Origin: an uncultured Verrucomicrobiae bacterium
Lineage (GTDB): Bacteria > Verrucomicrobiota > Verrucomicrobiia > Limisphaerales > Palsa-1400
DNA length: 64,000 nucleotides
Assembly: GCA_963764165.1 (NCBI GenBank)
Contig: CAVXRD010000003.1
Coordinates: forward strand, 672,001 to 736,000
Direction of reading: 5' to 3'
Shown: positions 62,923-64,000 of the stretch, piece after piece
Numbering within the stretch: position 1 is the first letter of the stretch
Layout: the number at the start of each line of letters is the position of its first letter
Translations under genes and position numbers: made by a program
Notes under the pieces: model-generated
What the model saw: the letters and a program-made list of their open reading frames with translations, nothing else
What the model was told of the DNA's origin: nothing
Databases searched by the model: none

Positions 62923-63999
62923 TTAAACACCCGCTTTGACCACGCGGGCGCGGCGATTTGTGATTGTGGGACGCGGCGTCGAAGCCGCTTTCGCACCCTG
63001 CATCAATCCCGCCAGCGATGCCACGGTGGGATTCTCGAAAATCGCACGCAACGGCAGATCCAAGCCGAACCGGCGATTAATCCGGGCGAACGCCCGCGTG
63101 GCCGAAAGGGAGTCCGCGCCCAATTCAAAGAAATCGTCCTCGATGCTGATTTGGCGGAGAGTAAGAACTTCCTCCCAAACTTCCACCAGCGCCTTTTCCT
63201 GTTCGTTGCGCGGGCCGACGTAATTTCGCGGTGAAGCGCTCGTTTCCTCGGGTGTGGGAAGTCGGTTCACATCGATTTTGCCATTCGGTGTGAGCGGAAA
63301 TTCCTTCAACGCGACGAAGTGCGCGGGAACCATGTAGCCAGGCAGTTTCGCGCGGAGGAATTCACGCAATTCCGCCGATTCCGGCGCGCCGTTGCGTGTC
63401 GTAAGGTAAGCCACTAACCGCTTCTCACCGGCGCCGATTTCGCGGGCGGTGACGACGGCATTGGTGATCTCCTCGTGCTGGCGGAGGATCGTTTCGATTT
63501 CGCCCAGTTCGATGCGGAACCCGCGAATTTTCACCTGTTGATCGGCGCGGCCAAGGCACTCGACAGTGCCATCCGGCAGATAACGCGCGAGGTCGCCCGT
63601 TTTGTAAATGCGGCTCTTGCCATCGTTGCGGAACGGATCAGCGATGAATTTATCAGCCGTCAATTCAGGCCGGCCAAGATAACCGCGCGCAAGGCCGTCG
63701 CCACCGATGTGCAATTCGCCCGCCACGCCGACAGGTACGGGTTGGAGTTGATGATCGAGAATGTACAACTGCGTGTTGGCAAGCGGACGGCCGATCAAAA
63801 TCGGGCTCTTCGGCTCTACTTTCCAAGCTGTCGACCAGATCGTCGTTTCCGTCGGGCCGTAGAAATTCCATAAGCCCGCGACTTTTCCGGCGAGGCCGTC
63901 CGCCAGGGTGCGGGTGAGGGCCTCGCCGCCGCAGAGGACGCGAAGATCGCGTTTGCCAGCCCAACCGGATTCAATCAACAAGCGCCATGTTGTGGGTGT
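62923..63999 (-). CDS. Non-ribosomal peptide synthetase, C-terminal A-T part (5'-partial; Gly-type features)
   Basis: LCGGEAL, NFYGPTETTIWS, YKTGDL, FFELGADSL; frame open to the window end. Confidence 0.9.
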   Translation of the reverse strand, partial: TPTTWRLLIESGWAGKRDLRVLCGGEALTRTLADGLAGKVAGLWNFYGPTETTIWSTAWKVEPKSPILIGRPLANTQLYILDHQLQPVPVGVAGELHIGGDGLARGYLGRPELTADKFIADPFRNDGKSRIYKTGDLARYLPDGTVECLGRADQQVKIRGFRIELGEIETILRQHEEITNAVVTAREIGAGEKRLVAYLTTRNGAPESAELREFLRAKLPGYMVPAHFVALKEFPLTPNGKIDVNRLPTPEETSASPRNYVGPRNEQEKALVEVWEEVLTLRQISIEDDFFELGADSLSATRAFARINRRFGLDLPLRAIFENPTVASLAGLMQGAKAASTPRPTITNRRARVVKAGV

Positions 64000-64000
64000 T

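Overview
GC-rich bacterial DNA with dense coding. Gene content and repeat styles suggest Verrucomicrobiota, probably a Pedosphaera/Limisphaera-like lineage (inference). In order, the window holds: opgGH periplasmic glucan genes; a large secreted GH9 glycanase with a duplicated unknown domain; an ABC exporter; a Tat amidase; a beta-propeller sensor kinase/NarL regulator/GH2 operon; a frameshifted orphan antitoxin; a GDP-sugar cluster with a C-methyltransferase and a GT10 transferase; rpmE, prfA and a HAD phosphatase; a secreted kinase-fold-like protein; dnaE; an epimerase/WecB-TagA/B12-radical SAM operon; ftsH, a nitroreductase and a GH15; and the 3' end of an NRPS cluster. The best candidate for a new system is the 3605-aa terminal NRPS, C-A-T-TE(Cys)-halfC-A-T-C-FkbH-T-TE(Cys). 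Its internal cysteine thioesterase sits where the catalytic half of a condensation domain should be, and it ends in a glycerate-loading module. The intergenic DNA carries several families of non-autonomous palindromic elements (REP, REPIN, MITE-like). One is nested in another, and one appears to be translated in frame at the start of the GH2 gene. No CRISPR array, rRNA, tRNA or transposase was recognised. All domain calls come from motif recognition by eye; no searches were run.
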